This document shows positions 10,792 through 20,779 of a DNA stretch of 64,000 nucleotides, piece by piece; positions within the stretch are counted from its first letter, which is position 1; each line of letters begins with the position of its first letter. The DNA lies in contig CBDCWI010000001.1 in assembly GCA_965223325.1 (NCBI GenBank), positions 288,001-352,000 on the forward strand, given 5' to 3'. The notes under the pieces are model-generated. The model was given only the letters and a program-made list of their open reading frames with translations, searched no databases and was not told the DNA's origin. This DNA is from Candidatus Multivoradales bacterium (GTDB lineage Bacteria > Acidobacteriota > Thermoanaerobaculia > Multivoradales > Multivoraceae). Made by a program: the position numbers and the translations under genes.

Positions 10792-12075
10792 ATGAAAACG
10801 CTGACCGTTTTCTCACCTTTCATTGGCGACCTGGCGGCCGGCCCGCGCCCTTTTTGTTTAGCGGCTCTCACCCTGGCGACCATCGCCCAGCCCGGATGTA
10901 GCGACGGCCCGTTGGGCAGCCTCGATGACCTGCCCCTCGAGACGGCAGAGACCATTGCCCACTCGCGGCAGGAACGACTCAACACACCGATCGAACCGGT
11001 TGGACAGGAGGAGTACGAGCGCCTGCTTTCCGCCGGTGCCGGGGCATCGATCACTGCCGAGGACCTCACTGCGATTGCCGAGGGGGCAACGGCTGCGATT
11101 ACACAACGGATGAACGAAGTCGCCGCTCTTATCGACCCGGACTCGGCCGACTGGCGGGCGCATTTCGCCACTCTCCAGCAACAACACCCGGAGAACACCG
11201 AGGCGCTCCTGGCGAGCTACCGCGAGGAGCTCGACGAGGCCCGAGCATTTACCGAAACGCGTGACCTGGTCACCTTGCCGAACCAGGAAATGCGGGTAGT
11301 CGAGGTCGGCAACATTGCCATCCGCCAGGCTTTTCCGCTTGCCCTCTACCTCGACGGCAAGCTGGGCGTCACACCTTCAGCAACGCTCGAAGAAGACCCG
11401 GCCTACCTGGTGAACCACTGTGATGTGTGTATTCCGCCTCTGGCCATTCACGAGGGCTACCCAGGACATCACGTCGGGTTCTGGCACCTCGACAACTCAA
11501 TCGCCGAGAAGGCGAAGCGGCGGCGGCAACGCAATCTCTTCGTGCTCGAAGGCTGGGCGCTCTACTCCGAGATCATGCTCCTCGACCTCGACTACTACGG
11601 TGATGACCTGGATGCCATCCTGGGGGCGTGGCGCTCGATTCTTCATCGCTCGCTACGAGCTGCGATCGACCCCAAGCTCCACCTGGCCGAGATCACTCCC
11701 GAGGCTGCCGTCGAGCGCTACCAGCGCGAGTTGATGATGACTGAGGATGCAGCCATCACGGAGGTGCGCCGTCATCTGTCGCAGCCGACCACCAAGGTGA
11801 CCTACTTCGTCGGGCTTCTCCAACTACTCGACCTACGGATGGGTCTGGCACAGTCAGACAGAGAGCTGAGCGAGCGCGAGATCCACGACGGCATCCTCAG
11901 CCTCCACCGCCCCTACCCGGAAGTCGCACAGGAGGTCTTCGAGACGCCCTTGCGATCCTTCAGCGAACTGGGCTCCGATCTTCCCTGGTCCAGCCCGTCG
12001 CCTGCTACGACGTCGGGCTCGTGGTTCGAGCGTCTGCGTCTGCCTCCGCTCGCAATCGAGACTCCAAGCGGCTGA
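10792..12075 (+). CDS. DUF885 family lipoprotein (putative metallopeptidase)
   Basis: HEGYPGHH and EGWALYSE motifs; lipobox-like AQPGC. Confidence 0.85.
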   Translation: MKTLTVFSPFIGDLAAGPRPFCLAALTLATIAQPGCSDGPLGSLDDLPLETAETIAHSRQERLNTPIEPVGQEEYERLLSAGAGASITAEDLTAIAEGATAAITQRMNEVAALIDPDSADWRAHFATLQQQHPENTEALLASYREELDEARAFTETRDLVTLPNQEMRVVEVGNIAIRQAFPLALYLDGKLGVTPSATLEEDPAYLVNHCDVCIPPLAIHEGYPGHHVGFWHLDNSIAEKAKRRRQRNLFVLEGWALYSEIMLLDLDYYGDDLDAILGAWRSILHRSLRAAIDPKLHLAEITPEAAVERYQRELMMTEDAAITEVRRHLSQPTTKVTYFVGLLQLLDLRMGLAQSDRELSEREIHDGILSLHRPYPEVAQEVFETPLRSFSELGSDLPWSSPSPATTSGSWFERLRLPPLAIETPSG

Positions 12076-12122
12076 CGTCGGAGTTCAACCAGCGGGCGAC
12101 ACATCGTGAAATGATCGCCGCA

Positions 12123-14180
12123 ATGTCTGATTCCAAAACGAGGCGGATCTTCGTCTCCAGTGCGCTGCCCTATGCCAACGGCTCGATTCATCTCGGCCAC
12201 ATGGTGGAGGTGACGCAATGCGACATCTGGGTGCGCTATCAGCGCCTGGTGGGTCACGACTGCTACTACGTCTGTGCCGACGACACCCACGGAACCGCAA
12301 CCATGCTGCGCGCCGAGGCAGAAGGTACGACCCCCGAAGCTTTGATCGCTGCGGTCGAAGAAGAGCACGTTCGGGACTTCGCCAGGTTCGCCGTGCACTT
12401 CGACAACTTCACCGGCACCAACGCGCCCGAGAACCGCGAACTCACCGAGACGTTCTACAAGCGCCTCGACGCGGCCGGGACGATCGCCAAACGCAGCGTC
12501 GAACAGCTCTACGATCCGGAACGCGAAATGTTCCTTCCCGACCGCTACGTGAGAGGCGGTTGCCCGGTTTGCAAGACCCCCGATCAGTACGGAGACAGCT
12601 GCGATCACTGTGGTAGCACCTACTCACCGACCGAACTCATCGACCCCCGGTCGGTGGTGTCGGGTGAGACCCCCGTGCTCCGTCGGTCCGAGCACTACTT
12701 CGTCGAGCTCAGTAAGTACGAGGACATGCTGCGCGAGTGGGTGTCTCTAGATCGGCTGCAAGTCGAGGTCGTCAACAAACTGCAGGAGTGGTTCGACGCA
12801 GGCCTTCGAGACTGGGACATCTCACGCGACGCGCCCTACTTCGGCTTCGAGATTCCAGGCGCTCCCGGGAAGTACTTCTACGTCTGGGTCGATGCGCCGA
12901 TCGGCTACCTTGCCTCCTTCCGCCAGCTGTGCGAACGCGAGGGCCTCGACTTCGACGCCTTCTGGGATCCCGAACGGGCGAAGGAAGAGGAGACCGAGGT
13001 CTTCCACTTCATCGGCAAAGACATTCTCTACTTCCACTGCCTGTTCTGGCCGGCGATGCTTCGAGGGGCTGGTTTCCGGTTGCCCGACGCCGTCTTCGTC
13101 CACGGGTTTCTCACCGTCGACGGCAAGAAGATGTCGAAATCGCGCGGCACCTTCATCAACGCCGCAACCTGGGCCAAGCATCTCGAACCCGACACCTTCC
13201 GCTACTACATCGCCGCCAAGCTCGGCCCCAACCTGGCCGACATCGATCTCAACCTCGAGGACTTCCAGAACCGGGTCAACTCCGACCTGGTGGGCAAGTT
13301 CGTCAACATTGCCAGCCGTTGTGCAGGCTTTCTCGAGAAGCGCTTCGATGGGCGCCTGGGGGCAACCCTCGATCAGCCGGAACTGCTCGAGCGGCTTTCG
13401 CTTGCTGGCGAAGAGATCGGTGCGGCGATCGAAGGTCTCGACTACAACCGCGCGGTGCGTCGCATCATGGCGGTCGCCGACGAGGCCAACCGCTACATCG
13501 ACGAGCGCAAACCCTGGGAGATCGCTCGCCAAGACGATCGCCAGGAAGAGCTCCACGCTGTCTGCACGACCGGAATCCATCTGTTCAAGATGCTGGCGAC
13601 CTGGCTCGGACCGATCGTGCCAGCAACCGTCGAGCGTGCCGAGGCGTTCCTGGCGACGGGTCCGCTCCTGTGGAAAGACGCCGGGACTCTTCTCGGGGAG
13701 CACCAGCTCAACACCTTCAAACCGCTCCTGACCCGAGTCCAGCCCGAGGACATTCAAGCCATGATCGAAGAATCCAAGACCGAAGCTCTAGACGACAAGG
13801 CCAAAGAAGAGACGGTACCTGCGACCGGGCCGCTGGCAGACGACCCGATCGCCGCGGAGGTCGAGTTTCCCGACTTCGCCAAAGTCGACCTGCGAGTGGT
13901 TCGCATCGTGCGCGCGCAGCACGTCGAGGGGGCCGACAAGCTGTTGCAGCTGACCCTCGACCTCGGCGGCGAGGAGAGAAACGTCTTTGCGGGCATCAAG
14001 TCGGCCTACGAACCCCAAGGGCTCGAGGGTCGGTTGACGGTCATGGTCGCCAATCTCGCACCGCGCAAGATGCGTTTCGGCGTTTCAGAAGGCATGGTCC
14101 TGGCGGCCGGGCCGGGCGGAAGCGACATCTTCCTGCTCGAACCGGACAGTGGTGCGGTGCCCGGCATGCGCGTCTCGTGA
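12123..14180 (+). CDS. metG: Methionine--tRNA ligase
   Basis: [13 protein letters not shown], Zn-knuckle CPVC/CDHC, KMSKS, and a C-terminal tRNA-binding OB domain. Confidence 0.98.
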   Translation: MSDSKTRRIFVSSALPYANGSIHLGHMVEVTQCDIWVRYQRLVGHDCYYVCADDTHGTATMLRAEAEGTTPEALIAAVEEEHVRDFARFAVHFDNFTGTNAPENRELTETFYKRLDAAGTIAKRSVEQLYDPEREMFLPDRYVRGGCPVCKTPDQYGDSCDHCGSTYSPTELIDPRSVVSGETPVLRRSEHYFVELSKYEDMLREWVSLDRLQVEVVNKLQEWFDAGLRDWDISRDAPYFGFEIPGAPGKYFYVWVDAPIGYLASFRQLCEREGLDFDAFWDPERAKEEETEVFHFIGKDILYFHCLFWPAMLRGAGFRLPDAVFVHGFLTVDGKKMSKSRGTFINAATWAKHLEPDTFRYYIAAKLGPNLADIDLNLEDFQNRVNSDLVGKFVNIASRCAGFLEKRFDGRLGATLDQPELLERLSLAGEEIGAAIEGLDYNRAVRRIMAVADEANRYIDERKPWEIARQDDRQEELHAVCTTGIHLFKMLATWLGPIVPATVERAEAFLATGPLLWKDAGTLLGEHQLNTFKPLLTRVQPEDIQAMIEESKTEALDDKAKEETVPATGPLADDPIAAEVEFPDFAKVDLRVVRIVRAQHVEGADKLLQLTLDLGGEERNVFAGIKSAYEPQGLEGRLTVMVANLAPRKMRFGVSEGMVLAAGPGGSDIFLLEPDSGAVPGMRVS

Positions 14181-14695
14181 ACGCGACGTCCAGCGATCTC
14201 GACCGGGCGAACCTCAACTGGCGCACATGGCTGGGCCGCCTCGTTCGGCTCGAGTGGATTCTGTTCGGATTCACGAGCCTTCTCATCCTCAGTTCCATCG
14301 CCTTCGTTCTGACCGACGGCTTTCTGCCGCGCCTCGATGCTGGCCTCGACCTCGCTTCGGGCCGCGGCCAGTACGACCAGGTCTACCTCTTCATTGGCGC
14401 CATCTTCTTCACCTGCGAATGGCTGGTCATGCCGTTCGGTCCCGGCCGCCCGTGGGCGGTGGTTTTAAAGGCGGTCGGTTTTCTCGGCATCTGGAGTGCC
14501 CAGGCGATCGCGCTCACGATGATCGCCGTCGGTTCGATTTCACGCACCGTTCTCGAGGGTCACAACATCCCGCTCTCGATCTGGTGCCTGACCTTCATCG
14601 TCTCGGCACCCACAGTGCTGGTGCTGATGGTGCCGTGGGTAAAGCGTATGAACGCCGAGCGCCGGGAACACATCGCGACGGCTCTTCGCTCCTAG
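14177..14695 (+). CDS. Hypothetical membrane protein (~4 TM)
   Basis: GTG start overlaps the metG stop (GTGA). Only the hydrophobic last ~172 aa of the 652-aa ORF look real. Confidence 0.7.
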   Translation: MNATSSDLDRANLNWRTWLGRLVRLEWILFGFTSLLILSSIAFVLTDGFLPRLDAGLDLASGRGQYDQVYLFIGAIFFTCEWLVMPFGPGRPWAVVLKAVGFLGIWSAQAIALTMIAVGSISRTVLEGHNIPLSIWCLTFIVSAPTVLVLMVPWVKRMNAERREHIATALRS

Positions 14696-14712
14696 TGTTC
14701 AGACCATGTGAC

Positions 14713-16278
14713 TCAGAGCCGCACGATCTCCCACTCGCCGCCCGGACGGTCACGTACCTCATAGCCCAGGGCTGCCAGCTCGTCCCGAATACGATCGGAG
14801 AGGGCATAGTCCTTGTCGACCCGCGCCTTCTGACGTAGACCGCCCAGGATGTTGAGCAGGCCCTGGTGGTCATCGGCACTGTCAGAACCCCCGCCGCGAC
14901 GCGCGTCGGGAAGTCCGAGGACAGAGAGAAGCGTTGCCAGGCTCCTCGAGACGACGCGGCGCGCACCGGCCTGAGACTCGTCGCGGACCAGCACACCGCC
15001 GTCTAGAAACTCCCGCTGCGCGATCGAGACCAGTTCGGAGATCGCCGCCAGGCCGGCCGGGGTGTTGAGGTCGTCGTCCATTCCGGTTTCAAACGACTCG
15101 ATCGCGGAATCGATGGCCGTCCCCAGCTCCTCGTTCCCCAGGTCCTCCCTCGAGGTCGGCAACAGCTCGTCGTCGATCCCCGCCGCAACAGCCTCGAGAA
15201 CGTTGTAGATCTTCGCCACGCGACTCGCCGCCTGCTCGAGAGACGCGACCGAGAAGGTCATCGGCGAGCGATAGTGACTCGAAAGATAGAGCAGCCGAAT
15301 CGCCACGGGGTCAAAGGGTCCGGCCGGCCACATCATCTCGCGCAACCACTTGACGTTGCCAAGCGACTTGGACATCTTGACCGCGTCGCCATCGGCGTAC
15401 TCCGAAGCGCGCTCAGCCTCCGTCTCGGCCTTGACGGTGATGAACCCGTTGTGCATCCAGTAGTTGACCGCCTCTCTGCCGGCGAGGAGCTCCTGATAGC
15501 CACGGCAGTTCTGGGCGTTCTCGTTCTCGTGGTGTGGAAACACCAGATCCGTTCCCCCACCGTGAATATCGAAGGGCATGCCGAGGTAGCGCTCGGAGAG
15601 GGCGGAGCACTCGAGGTGCCAACCGGGACGACCGTGGCCCCAGGGCGAGTTCCAGCCGGGGACCAGATCGGGGTGTTCGAGAAACTCCGGCGGATCGTTC
15701 TGGTTGAGCTTCCAGACGATGAAGTCACCGGGGTTCTTCTTGACCGCCAACTGCTCTTCATCGATGCGACCGGACCCGCCCTCGAGCTGGTCATCGAGCT
15801 TGCGGCCTGAGACCCCTCCGTAACTCTCGAAGGAGGTGACATCGAAGTACACGTCGCCGTTGTTGGCCACGTAGGCACTCTGGTTTTCCACCAGGGTCGC
15901 CGCCAGCTCTACCATCTCGGCAATGTGATCGGTGGCTCGCGGGTGCGCGTCCGCCGGGCGATTCCCCAGTGCCGAAGTCACCCGCCCGTACTCGTCCATG
16001 TACGTCGAGGTGACCTCACGCCAATGGCGGCCTTCGCGGATCGCCCGCTTTACGATGTTGTCGTCAACGTCGGTGAAGTTGGTGACGTAACGCACCTGAT
16101 AGCCGCGGTACTCGAGGTAGCGCCGCAGCGTGTCCGGCACGACGGCGGCACGTCCGTGGCCGAGATGCAGGCTGTCGTAAACCGTCACCCCGCACCAGTA
16201 CAGGCCTACCTGTTTGCCGGCAGCATCGATCGGCCGAAAGGGCTCCTTCTTGCGACTCTTGGTGTTGTAGATCTTCAA
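14713..16278 (-). CDS. cysS: Cysteine--tRNA ligase
   Basis: CGVTVYDSLHLGH, NFTDVDD, GRPGWHLECS, DIHGGGTDLVFPHHENE, KMSKS. Confidence 0.98.
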   Translation of the reverse strand: MKIYNTKSRKKEPFRPIDAAGKQVGLYWCGVTVYDSLHLGHGRAAVVPDTLRRYLEYRGYQVRYVTNFTDVDDNIVKRAIREGRHWREVTSTYMDEYGRVTSALGNRPADAHPRATDHIAEMVELAATLVENQSAYVANNGDVYFDVTSFESYGGVSGRKLDDQLEGGSGRIDEEQLAVKKNPGDFIVWKLNQNDPPEFLEHPDLVPGWNSPWGHGRPGWHLECSALSERYLGMPFDIHGGGTDLVFPHHENENAQNCRGYQELLAGREAVNYWMHNGFITVKAETEAERASEYADGDAVKMSKSLGNVKWLREMMWPAGPFDPVAIRLLYLSSHYRSPMTFSVASLEQAASRVAKIYNVLEAVAAGIDDELLPTSREDLGNEELGTAIDSAIESFETGMDDDLNTPAGLAAISELVSIAQREFLDGGVLVRDESQAGARRVVSRSLATLLSVLGLPDARRGGGSDSADDHQGLLNILGGLRQKARVDKDYALSDRIRDELAALGYEVRDRPGGEWEIVRL

Positions 16279-16285
16279 GGCGAAC

Positions 16286-17356
16286 TCACCTGCTGGATTC
16301 TGGAACGGCCTGACCCTTCTCGGGCGAGTCTATGGATTGCAGGCGCACGATGTTAGAGCGCATGCGACCGAAATAGTCCCAGCCACCAGGTGAGCTCTCA
16401 CCGGTCGGCAAGCCGGCGAGGCCATCGAGGACTACCTGGGAAAGCCCGCCGCGGTGTTCCCGGAGAGCTGCCATCGCGCGAGCGAGGCCATCACCTGGCT
16501 GCGGGGCAGCGGTACCCAGCCAGAGCACGATTGGGCGCCCCGCCGCTTCCTCGTCGAGCGAGCGCAGGGCATGATCGACCTCATGCTCGAGGTCATGAGC
16601 CAACTCTGCCGGATCGAGCGCCTGCCAATCAAAGCTCGGGTTCGAGCGCCCAGCGCTGCGGGCCAGGTAACGTGCATGGGGGCTCGTCAGAATGAAGGAG
16701 CGGTCGGTGGCTTCGGCAAGCTCCGCCGAGAGCTTCGACAATTCGGCCACCAGGCGTTGGCGCTCGGCCTCGATCTCGCTCTGCCCCTGGGGAAGTCGGG
16801 CGGCGAGATTCATCGCCACGTTTTCCAACTGAGACTTGAAGGTCTCGGGGTCGAGCCACAGGTAGGGATCCTCCTGGTCGTGGCTGTGCGCCCCCTCTTC
16901 GCCGTGGCTGTGCACCGGTCCGGGGACCGTGAGTGCAGAAATGCCTTCGGTGGTCCACACCAGCCGCTGCCGCGGCACGCTGGCGGTCGCCAGCCAGGGT
17001 TCGAGGCCAAGACCATGCGCCAGGACGAGGTCTGCTTCCTGTAAGCGCAACACGTCGTCACCGGAAGGCGAAAAGCCAGAGCCTGCACCCGCCGGGTCCG
17101 CGAGCACCTCGAGCTCGATTGACTCGCCGGCGAGTTGATCGGCCAACCAGGCGGTCGGCCACGAGGTGGCAACCACAACCAGACGCGGCGCTAAAGAAGC
17201 GGAATCGACAGCCGCCTCCCCGGCCGGGCCGTCGGTGGCCCTGCGCTCGCCACACGCAGGAACGACGAGCATCAGAAGTGCCACGAAGAAGGGCCAACGC
17301 CCAAACCGCACCCGCTCTCTTGCCAAGGGCTTCAAACCCCGATTGATCCTTGCCAC
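16286..17356 (-). CDS. Metal ABC transporter substrate-binding lipoprotein (ZnuA/TroA family)
   Basis: Lipobox VPAC, ADLVLAHGLGLEPW, His-rich loop HSHGEEGAHSH, DPYLWLDP. Confidence 0.85.
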   Translation of the reverse strand: MARINRGLKPLARERVRFGRWPFFVALLMLVVPACGERRATDGPAGEAAVDSASLAPRLVVVATSWPTAWLADQLAGESIELEVLADPAGAGSGFSPSGDDVLRLQEADLVLAHGLGLEPWLATASVPRQRLVWTTEGISALTVPGPVHSHGEEGAHSHDQEDPYLWLDPETFKSQLENVAMNLAARLPQGQSEIEAERQRLVAELSKLSAELAEATDRSFILTSPHARYLARSAGRSNPSFDWQALDPAELAHDLEHEVDHALRSLDEEAAGRPIVLWLGTAAPQPGDGLARAMAALREHRGGLSQVVLDGLAGLPTGESSPGGWDYFGRMRSNIVRLQSIDSPEKGQAVPESSR

Positions 17357-18528
17357 CAGACACCGCCTATGAGAACAACGAGCAACGCCGCCAAGAGTGC
17401 CGCGAAGACGACGATGATTCCAACCTCGATGGCGAGGATGCTAGCAATGCGCCTTCGTGATGCGCCGATGCGCTTCATCAGCTCGAACTCGGGCGCCCGG
17501 AGTCGGGCGGTCAATGCGACGATCAGCGCGAAGAAGAGGAGGGTCGAGACGGCGACCAGCGTCCAGTATGCGAACAGTGCGCTGCGCACGCGGGTGACGA
17601 TCTCGAGCACGCTCGCGACGACGGCCTCAGGTTCGATCCCCTGACGCGTCTCATGAAGCGCCAGGTCTCCCAACAGAAGGTCCTTCTGTTTCTGAGAGCG
17701 CGGGAACACCAGCACCGCATCCAGGCTGCCGTCTCCTTCGTCGCCGTGGAGGTGAAAACTGGCGCGGTTGGTCTCATCGATCTCGGTGAACATGAAGATC
17801 GCGGCACTGGCCTCGATCACGGCGTCCTCCGTTACTCCCCCCTCATCGCTTTGGGGGGCTTCCACTGCCTGGTGACCGTGCAGGCGACCCTCGATGACCC
17901 AGGTCGTGCGGACGTCGGTAAAGAAAGCCGTGTCGTCTGGGCTCCCGGTGGCGGCCAGAACACCGCTCACTTCGAGAACGATCGGGTAGGAGCCGGCGAG
18001 GTTGTAGAGGTTGCTGAGGTCGGAGCGCACGGTATCTCCGACCGCCAGCTGAAACTCCGAAGCAACCGCTGCCCCGGCTACGACCTCGCCGAGAAGCGCC
18101 GGCAAGCGTCCTTCGGCCGCCCGCAGGCCACGGGCCGCGAAGTAGTCCGGCGTGGTCCCGACGAGCGGCGCCGCCTCGATCGAGTAGCGCAGATGAAGTG
18201 GGGCGAGTATCGGCGGCCGGGCGGCGCCCCGAAGAGCCGCCAGGCCTTCCAACTCGCGCCATAGCATGGAGGGTGGACCGTCGCCGGGGGCTTTCGGGGT
18301 ACGAAAGTAGAGCGCTCCCATCACCAGGTCGAACGCGCTTCCTGCCGGCCCAACGACGAGCGGCGTCTGGCGGGCACGCGCGAGCAGACGCTCTTCGAGC
18401 TGGCTGGCGAACACGGCGGTAAAGAGCGGCAGAAAGAGCGCCACACAAACACCGAGTACCAGAATGGTGGTTCGGATGGGAGAGCCTGAGAGCGATCTCC
18501 AGGCCAAGTAGAAGGCATCGCGCAACAT
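17332..18528 (-). CDS. ABC transporter permease, MacB/FtsX type
   Basis: LAWRSL N-terminus, TM1, large periplasmic domain with His motifs, EFELMKRIGASRRRI FtsX motif. Confidence 0.85.
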   Translation of the reverse strand: MLRDAFYLAWRSLSGSPIRTTILVLGVCVALFLPLFTAVFASQLEERLLARARQTPLVVGPAGSAFDLVMGALYFRTPKAPGDGPPSMLWRELEGLAALRGAARPPILAPLHLRYSIEAAPLVGTTPDYFAARGLRAAEGRLPALLGEVVAGAAVASEFQLAVGDTVRSDLSNLYNLAGSYPIVLEVSGVLAATGSPDDTAFFTDVRTTWVIEGRLHGHQAVEAPQSDEGGVTEDAVIEASAAIFMFTEIDETNRASFHLHGDEGDGSLDAVLVFPRSQKQKDLLLGDLALHETRQGIEPEAVVASVLEIVTRVRSALFAYWTLVAVSTLLFFALIVALTARLRAPEFELMKRIGASRRRIASILAIEVGIIVVFAALLAALLVVLIGGVWWQGSIGV

Positions 18529-18532
18529 CGAC

Positions 18533-19231
18533 TCAGCGCTCGCTCTCTGTTCCAACTGGAGCACCTCTCGGGGCGAGCTCGACCACGCGATCGAAGCGCT
18601 CGAGGATTGCCGGGTCGTGGCTGACGACGAGTAGAGCAACGCCGCTCTCCCCGGCGCTCTCCAGGAGGAGGTCGACGGCGTTCTGACCCTGCGCCGGGTC
18701 GAGGCCCGCCGTCGGTTCGTCGGCCAGCAGGATGCGGGGCTCGGTGACCAGAGCGCGCGCGATGGCCAGGCGCTGCACTTCGCCACGTGACATCACCGAC
18801 GGGCGTTTGTGCTCATGCCCAGCGATCTCGAGACGTGCGAGAAGCCGCCGGGCACGCTCGCGGACCGCGTCGTCGAGGACCAGTGCAGGGCTCAACCGGT
18901 AGGGCAAAAGCACGTTCTCGATCACATCGAGTGACTGAAGCGTCGGGTGATCCTGGAACACGAACCCAACCGACCGGGCCCGGTGGCGGCGCCTCTGTGT
19001 TTCGCTCGCCCGGCCGAGGTCGAGGCCTGCGACGATGACCTGGCCCGCGCCGGCGCCATGAACCCCCGCGATGACATCGAGCAATGTCGACTTGCCGCAT
19101 CCAGAGGGGCCAGCCACTGCGAGACGTTCGCGGGCGCCGATGTCGAGCCGGTCCAGGCGGAGCTCGAACGCACCGTCGGGGTACCGGAAGACCAGGTCAC
19201 GAATCTCGACGGCCAGGGTGGGATCACTCAT
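18533..19231 (-). CDS. ABC transporter ATP-binding protein (LolD/MacB-like)
   Basis: GPSGCGKS, GFVFQ, MSRGEVQR signature, LLADEPT, SHD. Confidence 0.92.
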   Translation of the reverse strand: MSDPTLAVEIRDLVFRYPDGAFELRLDRLDIGARERLAVAGPSGCGKSTLLDVIAGVHGAGAGQVIVAGLDLGRASETQRRRHRARSVGFVFQDHPTLQSLDVIENVLLPYRLSPALVLDDAVRERARRLLARLEIAGHEHKRPSVMSRGEVQRLAIARALVTEPRILLADEPTAGLDPAQGQNAVDLLLESAGESGVALLVVSHDPAILERFDRVVELAPRGAPVGTESER

Positions 19232-19928
19232 CCTCTGACCCATCCCGAGGTTCCTCGAGGAGCTCATCGAGGGCACCCGAGCGCAGCAGTTCTTCGGCCG
19301 TCATGTAACCCCGCGCGGACGTTGGCGGCGAGTCGCCGATTCCTGGGCCGCCCCCGCGCTCGCGGGCCAGGCTGCGCAGGTGGCTGGCGACAATCAACAG
19401 GTCCTTGGCGCCACCGGCACGAGGTGCCCCGAGCCAGTAGGTCGCACGGTAGCGGTTGACGCGCGGGTGGCGGTGATCGCGATGCGACACCACCCCACCG
19501 ACGCTCCAATCGGCAGCGATCTGAACCCGACCGGGCTCGCGCGCGATCACCTCGAGCGACTCGTAGTCGATGCGCACGACCTCGAAGCCGATGTGATCGC
19601 GCGCCATGGCCGCTGCGGCCGTCCAGTGCTCGATGTATTCGCGGGTCAAGAGGGCACCGGCAAAGCGCTCCGAGAGCAGGTCGTGAATCGCGCTCCTGTC
19701 CGTTCCGAGCCGGTAGACCTGATACACACCACGATGGAGCTCCTCGAAGCGAGCCAGAAGCTCCTCGTCGGCGATCCCCTCGAGACCAGACGACGACGGA
19801 TTCATACACCCCGCTGCCATTGCTAGCGGTAGAGCGCAGGCCAGGAGCAAAGCGACGGCCCGGGGTAGGCCGAGGGACGGAGCGGGTCGAAAGAGCCTGG
19901 GAGCTGCAGGTGTTAGAGAACAGAGCAT
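19224..19928 (-). CDS. Hypothetical lipoprotein
   Basis: Hydrophobic stretch ending MAAGC; HRDHRH motif; overlaps the downstream ATPase start. Confidence 0.65.
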   Translation of the reverse strand: MLCSLTPAAPRLFRPAPSLGLPRAVALLLACALPLAMAAGCMNPSSSGLEGIADEELLARFEELHRGVYQVYRLGTDRSAIHDLLSERFAGALLTREYIEHWTAAAAMARDHIGFEVVRIDYESLEVIAREPGRVQIAADWSVGGVVSHRDHRHPRVNRYRATYWLGAPRAGGAKDLLIVASHLRSLARERGGGPGIGDSPPTSARGYMTAEELLRSGALDELLEEPRDGSEDE

Positions 19929-19996
19929 GAGCCTGACCGAATCATACGGCCGCCGACAAGCCCAAACGACGGCCAGAAGATTGATAGGTTTTCGGC

Positions 19997-20677
19997 ATGT
20001 CGCGCCTTGCTCGAAGATCGGCCGCTGCCTCGGCCTGGTGGGCCGCCGTCCTCTCGACCTCGGTCTTCGCAGGGGCAATCGCCAGCGTCGCCCATGCCCA
20101 CGTCGCCTGGCCCTCGTCCTACTCGACGCGGGTGACGATCGCGGCGTCCGACGATGGGCTCCTGATCACGGTCACCGCCGAGATCCCAACGCTGTCGCTG
20201 GTGCCGCGCTTTCGCCACCACTTCAAAGACAAGGATCTCAAGGCCGAGATCGAGGCCGGACGGTTCGCCGCCCTCGAAGACGAGTTCCGCGATTATCAGT
20301 TCACGGAGCTCGCCCGAGGTCTCGAGACAACCATCAACGGCGAGCTCGTCGACGGCCGGTGGCTCCCTGTCGACACGCCGATCAACGGGCGTTCGAACGA
20401 GGGCTTCTTTGTCTACATCTTGCAGTTCTCTCCAACAGAACCCGTCGAGCTCGGGCGGCGACTGGAAGTCGAGGTCAACAACCACCTGTTCGAGCGCAAG
20501 CCTTTAGTGCTTTCCAATCTTGTGCAGGCGAACGACGGTTGGCAGGCCGTCGAAGCCTCGACCGAGCAGCCCCCGGAAGGGGCAGACCTGAGCCCTGGAT
20601 CTGTCGCCGAGATGGCGCTCTGGGCCGAAGACGAAGATCGGCGCAGCTTCCGAGTGGTCCTGGTGCGAAGCGAATAG
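19997..20677 (+). CDS. Hypothetical secreted protein with His at the predicted mature N-terminus
   Basis: Signal peptide ending AHA|HVAW; divergent from the metal ABC operon. Confidence 0.7.
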   Translation: MSRLARRSAAASAWWAAVLSTSVFAGAIASVAHAHVAWPSSYSTRVTIAASDDGLLITVTAEIPTLSLVPRFRHHFKDKDLKAEIEAGRFAALEDEFRDYQFTELARGLETTINGELVDGRWLPVDTPINGRSNEGFFVYILQFSPTEPVELGRRLEVEVNNHLFERKPLVLSNLVQANDGWQAVEASTEQPPEGADLSPGSVAEMALWAEDEDRRSFRVVLVRSE

Positions 20678-20779
20678 AAAGGACCCTCCTGGCTCGCTGT
20701 CGTTGGTCACAAAACACCGTCCTGATAGACTCAGAACTTCCAAAAACGTACCCGCCGGTAGCACCTCCCGGAGCCCGAA

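Noticed and set aside
12737-14176. Arg-rich N-terminal part of the 652-aa ORF
   Set aside because: This is an alternative frame inside metG; only the part from GTG 14177 looks like a protein.
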